Position numbers and translations under genes: made by a program
In this document: piece by piece, positions 55,207-63,447 of the stretch
How the letters are laid out: each line of letters starts with the position of its first letter
How positions within the stretch are numbered: the first letter of the stretch is position 1
Sequence record: OR677401
Strand: one strand, 5' to 3'
Origin: Escherichia phage LQ5
Length of the DNA stretch: 64,000 nucleotides
Notes under the pieces: generated by a model
The model's input: the letters and a program-made list of their open reading frames with translations, nothing else
Database searches by the model: none
Told to the model about the DNA's origin: nothing

Positions 55207-56630
55207 AAACTATTTTGGCTCAACTGCTAGGCAATAGTGATTATTTCACTAAGGTCTGGCCTTATATGAATGATTCTTATTTTGACCAGGGTCCTGCAAA
55301 GACCCTTTTCAAAGAAATTAAAAAACATGTCAATGAATATAATGCAGTGCCTTCTAAGAACGCATTGAGCATTGCATTAGATAACAGTACGCTTTCAGAA
55401 GTTGAACACCAAGGCGCTAAAGAGCTTTTAAGTTCGCTGAATGCCGGACCTGAAGACCAAGAATGGTTGGTTAAAGAGACGGAGAAATACGTTCAGAAAG
55501 CAGCGATGTATAATGCAACTTCAAAAATCATTGAAATCCAAACTAATGCCGACCTTCCGGTTGAGCAACAAAATAGAAAACTTCCAGGTATTGGTGCTAT
55601 TCCGGATATCATGCGTGATGCATTATCGATTTGTTTCGATTCTGAATTAGGTCATGACTGGATGGATGACTATGAAGAACGATTCAAAAGTTATTCCGAT
55701 AAAGCACGTAAGGTTCCATTCCGTCTTAATATTCTGAATAAGATTACCAAGGGTGGTGCTGAGTTTGGTACTGAAAACGTATTGTTGGCAGGAACAAACG
55801 TAGGTAAGTCTCTTGGTCTTTGTTCATTGGCTGCTGATTACCTTCAATCTGGTTACGATGTTCTTTATATCTCCATGGAGATGGCAGAGGAAGTATGTGC
55901 TAAGCGTATCGATGCCAACCTTCTGGACGTGTCGCTGGATGATATCGATGATGGTCACGTCTCGTGGCCTGAATATAAAGCTAAGATGGATAAATGGCGT
56001 TCAACTGCTACTTTAGGTCGTTTAAAGATTAAACAGTATCCTACTGGCGGTGCTAATGCCGATACATTCCGTGCATTATTAAACGAATACAAGCTCAAAC
56101 AAAACTTTGTCCCACAGGTCGTTATCGTTGACTACTTGGCTATCTGTGCATCGTCTCGTACGAAAGTTTTCTCTGAAAACAGTTACGGATTGATTAAGAT
56201 GGTTGCTGAAGAACTACGTGGACTTGCAGTAGAGAAGAAATTACTGTTGTGGACTGCAGCCCAGACTACTCGTGGTGCGAACGTTGCAGCCGAAATCGAT
56301 ATGGCCGATATTGCTGAATCCTTTGGTATTGCACATACTGCAGACTTCATGTTGGGTGTGGTCGAGACAGAAGAGTTCGCTCAGATGGGTATGCAGATGG
56401 TTAAGCAGCTTAAATCTCGTTATGGTGATAAGAGCTACTACAACAAATTTAAGATTGGTGTTAAGAAAGGAAATCAACGTTGGTATGAAGTTGAAGACGA
56501 TTCCAACCCAGGTCCAGTGAACACGGTACGTGAGGCTACAGGTGAGATGAATCGCCAAGCCGAGGTCAATCGACAGACGCGTGTTAATAGAAGTGATTTG
56601 GACGATTTAGCAGCATCTATCAAATTTTAA
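55200..56630 (+). CDS. 41: replicative DNA helicase gp41
   Basis: GTG at 55200 gives MVETILAQL aligning with T4 MVEIILSHL; Walker A GTNVGKSLG; ORF-track start 55191. Confidence 0.93.
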   Translation: MVETILAQLLGNSDYFTKVWPYMNDSYFDQGPAKTLFKEIKKHVNEYNAVPSKNALSIALDNSTLSEVEHQGAKELLSSLNAGPEDQEWLVKETEKYVQKAAMYNATSKIIEIQTNADLPVEQQNRKLPGIGAIPDIMRDALSICFDSELGHDWMDDYEERFKSYSDKARKVPFRLNILNKITKGGAEFGTENVLLAGTNVGKSLGLCSLAADYLQSGYDVLYISMEMAEEVCAKRIDANLLDVSLDDIDDGHVSWPEYKAKMDKWRSTATLGRLKIKQYPTGGANADTFRALLNEYKLKQNFVPQVVIVDYLAICASSRTKVFSENSYGLIKMVAEELRGLAVEKKLLLWTAAQTTRGANVAAEIDMADIAESFGIAHTADFMLGVVETEEFAQMGMQMVKQLKSRYGDKSYYNKFKIGVKKGNQRWYEVEDDSNPGPVNTVREATGEMNRQAEVNRQTRVNRSDLDDLAASIKF

Positions 56631-56650
56631 GGAGCTTCGGCTCCTTTTTT
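56631..56650 (+). terminator. intrinsic terminator GGAGC-TTCG-GCTCC + T6
   Basis: Read directly after gene 41 stop. Confidence 0.75.
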
Positions 56651-56660
56651 GTTTTTAAGG

Positions 56661-56700
56661 GTTTACATCTCCTGTAGGCGTGATACTATAGACCTATCAA
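56661..56700 (+). promoter_or_regulatory. early-type promoter cassette (GTTTACA + TGATACTATAGACCTATCAA)
   Basis: Read directly. Confidence 0.6.
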
Positions 56701-56713
56701 CTTGGAGAACAAA

Positions 56714-57031
56714 ATGAAAACCATCGACTGTAAAGCAGAATATAAAGTGTATTATCACGGAAGTTGTAGTGTTGCTAATATCGGTAATATGCTTTGTCCT
56801 CCTGAGGAGACAGGAGTTCTGTCTGAAACCGGTCGTAAGAAAAACCTAAATCGTGTGTTCTTTACTGAAGATATCGGTTTGGCTAAGATTTATGCTGGAC
56901 GTGCAGCTCGTTCAGTGGGAGGAGAACCCCGTCTTTATCGTGTAATTGCTCCGGTGGATGTGGTTTGTTTAAATGATACTAAAGGCGCTACGGTTTATCA
57001 TGCTGAATGGGCCTTCTGCGAGGAAATCTAA
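56714..57031 (+). CDS. hypothetical protein
   Basis: ATG 56714 after GGAG; ORF-track start 56702. Confidence 0.5.
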   Translation: MKTIDCKAEYKVYYHGSCSVANIGNMLCPPEETGVLSETGRKKNLNRVFFTEDIGLAKIYAGRAARSVGGEPRLYRVIAPVDVVCLNDTKGATVYHAEWAFCEEI

Positions 57032-57226
57032 ATGTCTGAATCAATTAAAGTAAAATTTGTCGGCCATTTCGCCAACGGTGATACCGCTACCAAAGAAGCT
57101 TCAGTGCGTGAAAACGATATCGTGTGGGTGACTACCCAATTCGCTGAAGTCAATAATATTTTGGTTAAGGCGTATGTCGACGACGTAGAAGTTTATGAAC
57201 ATGATGCCCGTATTGAGGAAATCTAA
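57032..57226 (+). CDS. dmd: Dmd-like antitoxin (inhibitor of RnlA/LsoA-type toxins)
   Basis: 64 aa; VKFVGHF ... VWVTTQFAEVNNILVKAYVDD parallels recalled T4 Dmd. Confidence 0.55.
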   Translation: MSESIKVKFVGHFANGDTATKEASVRENDIVWVTTQFAEVNNILVKAYVDDVEVYEHDARIEEI

Positions 57227-57367
57227 ATGGAAGAATTTGAATGTGTAGTATGTGGTTGTTCGGTCTGTGAAGACCAGGCAGTATTTGATGCTTGGGACAA
57301 CGCAACCTGTTTAGACTGTGACAGCGAATTCGAAGAAATTGCTCATAAACATGAAGGCGAGGAATAA
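57227..57367 (+). CDS. small zinc-ribbon peptide (46 aa)
   Basis: CVVCGCSVC ... CLDCD; abuts dmd stop and next gene start; below ORF-track cutoff. Confidence 0.45.
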   Translation: MEEFECVVCGCSVCEDQAVFDAWDNATCLDCDSEFEEIAHKHEGEE

Positions 57368-57607
57368 ATGAATATCGTACTAATGAAACCAACTCCTAGC
57401 TCTTTTTGGAATAAATCTTTCGGTAAGCATAATATGTTTATCCAACGTACCGTAAACAACTGGGAACTAGTTCTTTCAGTGGGCCACAACGATTATGAAC
57501 AAGAATACGTAGAGTTCTTCGAATTTCCTGTGAAGCCCACTAAGCGTCAGATTCGTCAGACAAAACGTAAATTCCGTAAAATTTCTTTGGAAGATTCATT
57601 AAAATAA
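57368..57607 (+). CDS. hypothetical basic protein
   Basis: 79-aa ORF. Confidence 0.5.
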   Translation: MNIVLMKPTPSSFWNKSFGKHNMFIQRTVNNWELVLSVGHNDYEQEYVEFFEFPVKPTKRQIRQTKRKFRKISLEDSLK

Positions 57608-57608
57608 A

Positions 57609-57649
57609 GTTTACAACGGTCTATGGTAGTGATACTATGGACCTATCAA
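57609..57649 (+). promoter_or_regulatory. early-type promoter cassette (GTTTACA + TGATACTATGGACCTATCAA)
   Basis: Read directly. Confidence 0.6.
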
Positions 57650-57666
57650 CTACCGAGGAGAACATT

Positions 57667-57960
57667 ATGAAAAAGTTATTAATCGCAGCAATCCTTACAG
57701 TAGCGTCATGTGGCACGGCTCCAGTTACGGCTGGATTGGATAAAGACCTTTGTGAATGGTCTATGACTGCAGACCAAGAATCGGTTGAACATCAGATTTA
57801 TGCTGATATCATGAACATCACTAAACGCGACCGCCCTGATATGGTTAAAGAAGTGTCAGACCAATTGGCTTCAAGCGGTGTTATGCAATATAACTATGTT
57901 TTGTATTGCGATGCCAATTTCGATAACAAAAATATCGTTAAAGAGGTGACAGGTGAATAA
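57667..57960 (+). CDS. sp: Spackle (Sp) periplasmic superinfection-exclusion protein
   Basis: Signal/lipobox MKKLLIAAILTVASC then GLDKDLCEWSMTADQ ... GVMQYNYVLYCD matching recalled T4 Sp; ATG 57667. Confidence 0.7.
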   Translation: MKKLLIAAILTVASCGTAPVTAGLDKDLCEWSMTADQESVEHQIYADIMNITKRDRPDMVKEVSDQLASSGVMQYNYVLYCDANFDNKNIVKEVTGE

Positions 57961-58393
57961 GATTAACAGAAATTTAGTTATCAAAAAACTTCGTTGTAAA
58001 AATCCAAATGCACAAGCATACAGGATGTTTTGGAGCGACGACCACCAATACCTAGGTTATTTTCTTGTTGATAGCGATGATCGAATTACAATGGCTCATA
58101 AACTTCTTAACAGAGAATTAAACCATTGGCAAGAACTTATTGCGGTGAGGTCTAAATTATTTTCTCGCAATACAATGCACCAATTGGTTTATTTTTTCGC
58201 CGAAGGTATTCCTGACAAGGTTGAGTTTGATGGATTCGAATTTAAAGACATCCTCCCAGACAACGAATTGAACGACCGCGTTAATATGGACATCCCTAGC
58301 AAGTATATCAAAAACAGTCTGTTGAAAATTCTGGAAGCTCCGGTTTATTCAATAGATGACCAGATTTTTAATGCCTTTATGAATCGAGGTTAA
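57953..58393 (+). CDS. hypothetical protein
   Basis: 146-aa ORF. Confidence 0.5.
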   Translation: MNKINRNLVIKKLRCKNPNAQAYRMFWSDDHQYLGYFLVDSDDRITMAHKLLNRELNHWQELIAVRSKLFSRNTMHQLVYFFAEGIPDKVEFDGFEFKDILPDNELNDRVNMDIPSKYIKNSLLKILEAPVYSIDDQIFNAFMNRG

Positions 58394-58394
58394 T

Positions 58395-58616
58395 ATGTTT
58401 GTCTTAACTCAATTCTCTAAAGCCGTGTATAGTTACTCTTGTCAGTGGGAAGTCTTTATCGATTCTCCTTCACCTAAGTATGGTGTTTTTGGACGAGTAA
58501 CTACTCAAGCTTATGTCGCACGGCCGACTAAGCGCCAGCTTCGTAAACTTAAAAAGGCCCATCGCCAACTGATTGAGAGAAGGGAACAATATGAGTGCAA
58601 TGTGTACGGGCTCTAA
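58395..58616 (+). CDS. hypothetical protein
   Basis: 73-aa ORF. Confidence 0.5.
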   Translation: MFVLTQFSKAVYSYSCQWEVFIDSPSPKYGVFGRVTTQAYVARPTKRQLRKLKKAHRQLIERREQYECNVYGL

Positions 58617-58782
58617 GATTTCTGTATTCGAATTATTCGAAGAGTATGAAATCGTATCAAAGGACCAAGAAGCTATCCATATTATTGCCGGTGATGGTGT
58701 GACTTGGATTATTCCACTTTACCACGAAGATACGTACGAAGTCACTGATGCAAATGGTGATAAAGCTATTTTCGTAATATAA
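58591..58782 (+). CDS. hypothetical acidic protein
   Basis: ATG 58591 after GAAGGGAA; ORF-track start 58573 is TTG. Confidence 0.4.
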   Translation: MSAMCTGSKISVFELFEEYEIVSKDQEAIHIIAGDGVTWIIPLYHEDTYEVTDANGDKAIFVI

Positions 58783-58785
58783 ATA
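58778..58785 (+). promoter_or_regulatory. T4-type late promoter TATAAATA
   Basis: Exact octamer 14 nt upstream of small ORF 58799. Confidence 0.45.
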
Positions 58786-58798
58786 AGGCCAGGAGCCT

Positions 58799-58960
58799 AT
58801 GAAATCTTTTAAAGAAGTTATGAACGAAGATATGGTCGCAGGCGATGCAGGTGGAAACCCATCTAATATTGCCTCCGGAACTACCTCAGGCGCAGTCGTC
58901 AACAAAGGGCCTGAACAAATCCCATCTAAAAAGCGTAAAGAAAAATCCGAAAACGAATGA
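58799..58960 (+). CDS. small Gly/Ser-rich basic protein (53 aa)
   Basis: ATG after AGGAGCC; late promoter upstream; below ORF-track cutoff. Confidence 0.45.
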   Translation: MKSFKEVMNEDMVAGDAGGNPSNIASGTTSGAVVNKGPEQIPSKKRKEKSENE

Positions 58961-58986
58961 TATAATGGCTCTATTAATTTAGAGCC
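58961..58986 (+). promoter_or_regulatory. TATAAT followed by stem-loop GGCTCTA/TAGAGCC upstream of gene 61
   Basis: Read directly. Confidence 0.4.
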
Positions 58987-58998
58987 CAAGGAAAAATA

Positions 58999-60027
58999 AT
59001 GTCATATGTCGATAGAGAATTTGCTGTACGTGCCTTGAATTACCAACCTAAATTCAGACAAGTAACCGGTAGTGATTTTAAATTAAACTGCCGTTGTCGT
59101 GTATGTGGCGACTCCCTAAAAGATGAAAACAAAGCTCGTTTTTGGGCCTATCCGGCCAATGACGGCTCCGTAATGCTGCACTGTTTTAACTGTGACTATT
59201 CAGCAGGAATTAAGAAGTATCTATACGAATATGAGCCTGATTTATATCGAGAATATATTCTTGAGAAACATAAAGAGCAATCGTTCGGGAGACAAGCTGC
59301 ACCTAAGGTGGAGATATCAGAAAAGATTAAAGCCAAGATGCCTGTCATCGAAAAGCTTAATTTCTGTGAACGTCTGGATAGAATGCCAAAGGACCATCCT
59401 ATTATCAAATATGTAACACTACGTTGCATTCCTGAAAACAAATGGAATCGCTTATGGTTTACTAAAGAATGGCCGGCATTGGTGAACTCTGTCAATCCAG
59501 GGACCTATTCTAAAGAAATGCCTGAGCCTCGTTTGGTTATTCCAATTTTCAATAAGAATAAACAAATTGAAAGTTTTCAGGGTCGAGCCTTACGTAAAGA
59601 TGCTCCACAAAAATATATTACAATAAAAGCTCATGACCAAGCTACAAAAATATATGGAATGGATACAGTTGACGAACGTCAGTTGGTGTGGGTAATGGAA
59701 GGCCCTATTGACTCTTTGTTTGTTCCGAATGCAATAGCAATTACTGGCGGGTCGTTGGACTTGGCTATGGTTCCATGTAAAGAAACTCGTGCCTGGGTAA
59801 TGGACAATGAACCCCGCCATCCTGACACAATTAAGCGTATGCAACGATTAGTTGATGCTGGCGAAAGGGTTCTATTCTGGGACAAGGCTCCATGGCCTTC
59901 TAAAGATATAAATGATATGATTATGAAAGATAAAGCTGATATAAATGATGTACTGGCATATATGAAAGCTAATATAGCCCAAGGTTTAATGGCAAAAATG
60001 AGACTTTCAAAATATTCTAAAATTTAG
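58999..60027 (+). CDS. 61: DNA primase gp61
   Basis: 342 aa; zinc ribbon CRCRVCGD ... CFNC, and PRLVIPI, EGPIDSLF, DNEPRHPDTIKRM blocks matching recalled T4 gp61. Confidence 0.92.
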   Translation: MSYVDREFAVRALNYQPKFRQVTGSDFKLNCRCRVCGDSLKDENKARFWAYPANDGSVMLHCFNCDYSAGIKKYLYEYEPDLYREYILEKHKEQSFGRQAAPKVEISEKIKAKMPVIEKLNFCERLDRMPKDHPIIKYVTLRCIPENKWNRLWFTKEWPALVNSVNPGTYSKEMPEPRLVIPIFNKNKQIESFQGRALRKDAPQKYITIKAHDQATKIYGMDTVDERQLVWVMEGPIDSLFVPNAIAITGGSLDLAMVPCKETRAWVMDNEPRHPDTIKRMQRLVDAGERVLFWDKAPWPSKDINDMIMKDKADINDVLAYMKANIAQGLMAKMRLSKYSKI

Positions 60028-60224
60028 GCAGGAACTCCGCTAAAGAATCCAATTATGCTTAATACGTGTTCCATTGTAACCGCTGGTAAAATTATCCCTT
60101 GGCTAGCGGCTACAGGGACTACTAGAAGATTCCAAAGGAATACGTCTAGCGCAAGAAAACCTAACATCATTTTCTTGTCTTTCTTTTCGGCCAATTTCCA
60201 GATTTGGTAAAAAATACTGCCCAT
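60024..60224 (-). CDS. antisense small membrane protein (66 aa)
   Basis: Only convincing minus-strand gene: AGGAGG 5 nt before ATG; T4-type late promoter TATAAATA upstream on minus strand. Confidence 0.55.
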   Translation of the reverse strand: MGSIFYQIWKLAEKKDKKMMLGFLALDVFLWNLLVVPVAASQGIILPAVTMEHVLSIIGFFSGVPA

Positions 60225-60245
60225 GTTATCCTCCTGTTAAATTAA

Positions 60246-60253
60246 TATTTATA
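60246..60253 (-). promoter_or_regulatory. T4-type late promoter TATAAATA (minus strand)
   Basis: Reverse complement of TATTTATA at 60246-60253, ~20 nt upstream of minus-strand gene. Confidence 0.5.
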
Positions 60254-60254
60254 A

Positions 60255-60281
60255 CTTGCTTTACAAATTAATGATACAATT
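60255..60281 (+). promoter_or_regulatory. MotA-type middle promoter (TGCTT box, 13 nt, TACAAT)
   Basis: TGCTT at 60257-60261, -10 TACAAT at 60275-60280. Confidence 0.45.
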
Positions 60282-60286
60282 ATCCC

Positions 60287-60943
60287 ATGAATTACGAAAA
60301 AATATACCAGGAATTAATATCTAAAGGAAAATTAAGAGGTTCTAAGCGGTCTTTATCATATTATACGGAAGAACACCATGTTATACCTAGATGTATGAAT
60401 GGTTCTGATGATAAAAACAATTTAGTTGCTTTATTGCCAAGAGAACACTTTGTAGCTCATAGGCTTTTAACAAAAATATATCCCGAAGTAAAAGGTCTAC
60501 ATTATGCTGTTAATTTAATGAGATATAATAAAGGAGTTAAATTAACTAGTAGAACTATAGCCACGTTAAGAGAAAATAACGCTAAAGCATTTTCAGGAAA
60601 AAATAACCCGATGTTTGGTAAACCTTCCTGGATTAGAGGGATGAAAACTCCTGAAGAAACTAAAGCCAAAATGCGCCTGGCTCATAAAGATAAAATTATA
60701 TCTGATGAAGCCAAGGCCAATATGAGTAAAGCTAGAAAAGGAAGATTTAGTGGTAAAGATTCCCCTAGATATGGTTTACCGAATCCTAGGCGTGGAGAAA
60801 TATGGAATAGTTACGATATGCTTTACGAATTATGGGTTTACAATAATAAACCTAAACGCACCAAATTTAATAAAATAGCTGTTGATAATGGATATCCTGA
60901 TATTTGTTATCGACGAATGATAGAAAACTTTAATAGGAAATAA
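60287..60943 (+). CDS. HNH homing endonuclease (Mob-like), free-standing
   Basis: YTEEHHVIPRCMNGSDDKNNLVALLPREHFVAH; paralog of 479-1129. Confidence 0.8.
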   Translation: MNYEKIYQELISKGKLRGSKRSLSYYTEEHHVIPRCMNGSDDKNNLVALLPREHFVAHRLLTKIYPEVKGLHYAVNLMRYNKGVKLTSRTIATLRENNAKAFSGKNNPMFGKPSWIRGMKTPEETKAKMRLAHKDKIISDEAKANMSKARKGRFSGKDSPRYGLPNPRRGEIWNSYDMLYELWVYNNKPKRTKFNKIAVDNGYPDICYRRMIENFNRK

Positions 60944-60947
60944 TATA

Positions 60948-61469
60948 ATGGCATTTTTTAACGAATGTAGTGGTTTGATTTCTGGTGTTGATAAAGCTGA
61001 GGAAGCTTATTTTAATGCTCTGATTCATGAAGATAAAGACCCTCTGCAGGTTATGCTTGATATGCAGAAATCATTACAGGTCCGTTTGGCTACTGAAAAA
61101 TCTGAATTTAACTCTAACCCCGATGAACTGGCTACTGCAGGTCAAGTTGTCGATTGGCTTCGCAACCAGAAAGATTATATTGATGACGAATTCCGTGAAC
61201 TGTTGACTTCTCTTGGTGGCATGAGCAATGGCGAAAAAGATGCATCTGCAGTATGGAAGCCTTGGAAAGCTCAACATGCTGAACGTCGTGAAACCCTGAT
61301 TAACGATTTGTCTCCTGAAGACCAGCTCGAAATTAAATTCGAAATGATTGATATTCTGCACTTTGTTCTGAATATGTTCCAAGGTCTTGGACTGACTGCT
61401 GAAGAAATCTTTAAACTGTATTACCTGAAAAATGCCGAGAACTTTGCTCGCCAGGACCGAGGTTATTAA
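60948..61469 (+). CDS. 56: dCTPase/dUTPase gp56
   Basis: 173 aa, strong match to recalled T4 gp56 (DPLQVMLDMQ, DDEFRELLTSLG, SPEDQLEIKFE, EEIFKLYYLKN). Confidence 0.92.
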   Translation: MAFFNECSGLISGVDKAEEAYFNALIHEDKDPLQVMLDMQKSLQVRLATEKSEFNSNPDELATAGQVVDWLRNQKDYIDDEFRELLTSLGGMSNGEKDASAVWKPWKAQHAERRETLINDLSPEDQLEIKFEMIDILHFVLNMFQGLGLTAEEIFKLYYLKNAENFARQDRGY

Positions 61470-61471
61470 GT

Positions 61472-61479
61472 TATAAATA
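61472..61479 (+). promoter_or_regulatory. T4-type late promoter TATAAATA upstream of soc
   Basis: Exact octamer ~30 nt before soc ATG. Confidence 0.5.
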
Positions 61480-61510
61480 CACCTGTAATTAAACAACAAA
61501 GGAGTTAATT

Positions 61511-61744
61511 ATGGGTGGTTTCGTTAATATTAAAACCTTTACGCATCCGGCTGGTGAAGGTAAAGAAGTTAAAGGTGTTGAAGTATCTGTCCCGTTTGAA
61601 ATCTATTCAAACGAGCATCGTATTGCGAATGCACACTATCAGACATTTCCTTCTGAAAAGGCGGCATACACTACTGTAGTAACTGATGCAGCCGATTGGC
61701 GAACTAAGAACGCGGCGATGTTTACGCCTACCCCAGTAGTTTAA
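61511..61744 (+). CDS. soc: small outer capsid protein Soc
   Basis: 77 aa; VNIKTF ... AHYQTFPSEKAAY matching recalled T4 Soc. Confidence 0.8.
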   Translation: MGGFVNIKTFTHPAGEGKEVKGVEVSVPFEIYSNEHRIANAHYQTFPSEKAAYTTVVTDAADWRTKNAAMFTPTPVV

Positions 61745-61750
61745 TTATAA

Positions 61751-61772
61751 GGAACCTTCGGGTTCCTTTTTT
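61751..61772 (+). terminator. intrinsic terminator GGAACC-TTCG-GGTTCC + T6
   Basis: Identical to 25459-25480. Confidence 0.75.
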
Positions 61773-61782
61773 GGTTTTAAGG

Positions 61783-61815
61783 GTTTACTTTCTAAGAAGG
61801 TTATGTTAAGATGGT
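61783..61815 (+). promoter_or_regulatory. early-type promoter (GTTTACT ... TAAGAT)
   Basis: Read directly; weaker match. Confidence 0.4.
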
Positions 61816-61838
61816 CTTATCTTATAGAGGAGAATGCT

Positions 61839-62048
61839 ATGTTAAATCGTTGGATTAAACCAAATAAAACTTTAGATGAAATTATCGCTAATCATGTATT
61901 GAAAAAGTACTTCTATACGCCTTGGTATACCGAAGTTATTGTCCATTCATTTATGATGCATGAAGACGGTTCTATCGAATTTAATGCCGAAATCCGTCAC
62001 GAGACTGATGATATCGATAAAGTTGAATTTAAACGAGGTTTCCTATGA
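61839..62048 (+). CDS. hypothetical protein
   Basis: ATG 61839 after AGAGGAGAA; ORF-track start 61803. Confidence 0.5.
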   Translation: MLNRWIKPNKTLDEIIANHVLKKYFYTPWYTEVIVHSFMMHEDGSIEFNAEIRHETDDIDKVEFKRGFL

Positions 62049-62362
62049 TTCGTTGGCTTAAGAATTTTTTCAAGACCAAACCTGGTGAAGGGGTGGTTCC
62101 TATCTCAGGTCTGAAGGAATATGTTTATGTGGGCGATGGTATGATGGAAGAAGTTATACGGCAACCTGAAAAAGCAGGTAATGTGGGCCTGGGCACCCTT
62201 CCTTTGAATTCTAAAAAGTTTAAAGAGCATCTAGAAGCTCGTCGCACAAGCCATATTGATACCACTCCTATTATGGTTGCGGCTGCTGTTAGTTCATGGA
62301 CTGGTGATTCTTCTTATTCTGACTCAGGAAGCTGTGGCTCATCGTCCGGCTCGTGTGATTGA
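62045..62362 (+). CDS. hypothetical protein
   Basis: 105-aa coupled ORF. Confidence 0.5.
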   Translation: MIRWLKNFFKTKPGEGVVPISGLKEYVYVGDGMMEEVIRQPEKAGNVGLGTLPLNSKKFKEHLEARRTSHIDTTPIMVAAAVSSWTGDSSYSDSGSCGSSSGSCD

Positions 62363-62562
62363 TGAAACCTTTATCATGGCTTAAAGATTGGCTAGACCGT
62401 CCTGGTGATTATCTTGATGACGGGTGGTTGGACCAAGCTAATGCAGAAATGAAACGCGAGTCCGAAGAATGGATTCTTAAAGGTATCCGTGAAGAACGCG
62501 AAAAGAAATTAGAACGCGAAGCTCTTAGAATTATGCGTGACATCTATGGGGATAAATCATGA
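62359..62562 (+). CDS. hypothetical protein
   Basis: 67-aa coupled ORF. Confidence 0.5.
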   Translation: MMKPLSWLKDWLDRPGDYLDDGWLDQANAEMKRESEEWILKGIREEREKKLEREALRIMRDIYGDKS

Positions 62563-62726
62563 CTACTGAAGAGGCCGAAAAACAAGCTAAAGAGGCACTG
62601 GATTTGCTTCTTAAAATTGGTAGTAAAATGATGGAAGAAAACGAGAAATACATCCAAGAAAATAAAATTCCGGATGGTCCTTTAGTAGGTAAACTAAAAA
62701 GAGGAAAATATAATGAAAGTCTATGA
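62559..62726 (+). CDS. small ORF (55 aa)
   Basis: ATG overlaps upstream TGA; stop overlaps next ATG; below ORF-track cutoff. Confidence 0.45.
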   Translation: MTTEEAEKQAKEALDLLLKIGSKMMEENEKYIQENKIPDGPLVGKLKRGKYNESL

Positions 62727-63204
62727 ACTCGAATTCCATGTACGTGATTCTGCCGGACAAACGCGACCTTATGATGCTACGGCATGTCTTATCCTTGTCG
62801 ATAATGGCACGAATTCTATAACCCAGTTAGAAACACGATTAAAAGATATTAAGCTTCCAGAAAATATTATGATGAAGGCGTATCATAATAAAAATGTTGA
62901 TGTTGCTGAAGGTTGTCCTTTTAGCCTGGCTGAAGCATTACATATCAAGGGTTATCGTTATCCGGCGGACCCATACGCCGAAGGAACCATGGATATTTTC
63001 TATAAGGATAGAGATAAAATGGCAAATGAGCGTCTTAAAGGTCGTACATATTTGATTTCCGCTACCGAAGACCTTACTGAAGTCGAACGTCAGATTTGGA
63101 AACACTTTGATATTGGATTGCGCTTTACCATGACTGAAGACGCTATTTGCGATGCTAAGGCGCGAGCTCGTATGTATGGCTACGGTCCTATCGGTGGTTA
63201 CTAA
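62713..63204 (+). CDS. hypothetical protein
   Basis: 163-aa ORF after GAGGAAAATATA. Confidence 0.55.
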   Translation: MKVYELEFHVRDSAGQTRPYDATACLILVDNGTNSITQLETRLKDIKLPENIMMKAYHNKNVDVAEGCPFSLAEALHIKGYRYPADPYAEGTMDIFYKDRDKMANERLKGRTYLISATEDLTEVERQIWKHFDIGLRFTMTEDAICDAKARARMYGYGPIGGY

Positions 63205-63392
63205 TGGACTTGTTTGATATGTTCGTCATTCCGGACCCTGAGCCTGAAACAACTCAGGAGCCGCCTGTTGACCTTGTCAACGAACTTGATATGATTATAC
63301 AGAAGCATGGTTTTAAGTTGCCTAAAGATGTTCTTAGTGACCTAGCTTCTTATTACTTAGACCCTCCACCCTGGGCTCCTTGGGTAAAATAA
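63204..63392 (+). CDS. hypothetical acidic protein
   Basis: 62-aa coupled ORF. Confidence 0.5.
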   Translation: MDLFDMFVIPDPEPETTQEPPVDLVNELDMIIQKHGFKLPKDVLSDLASYYLDPPPWAPWVK

Positions 63393-63394
63393 AG

Positions 63395-63445
63395 TTTTAC
63401 ACCTCCTCCCTTCATGTTATAATGACCTCTAAATCACTGGAGGTC
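63395..63445 (+). promoter_or_regulatory. promoter (TTTTACA-N-TATAAT) with downstream hairpin GACCTC/GAGGTC covering the RBS
   Basis: Read directly. Confidence 0.5.
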
Positions 63446-63447
63446 AT

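Noticed and set aside
3268-57649. Possible CRISPR array suggested by a ~20-bp sequence recurring more than a dozen times
   Set aside because: Copies are spaced irregularly by hundreds to thousands of bp, each precedes a gene start, and each carries -35/-10-like elements; they are promoter cassettes, not repeat-spacer units.
62713-63204. Second ADP-ribosyltransferase (SAT ... EVE resembling S-T-S and E-x-E)
   Set aside because: The two motifs are only a few residues apart and no upstream Arg motif is placed correctly; the genuine R-S-ExE arrangement is in the following gene at 63448.
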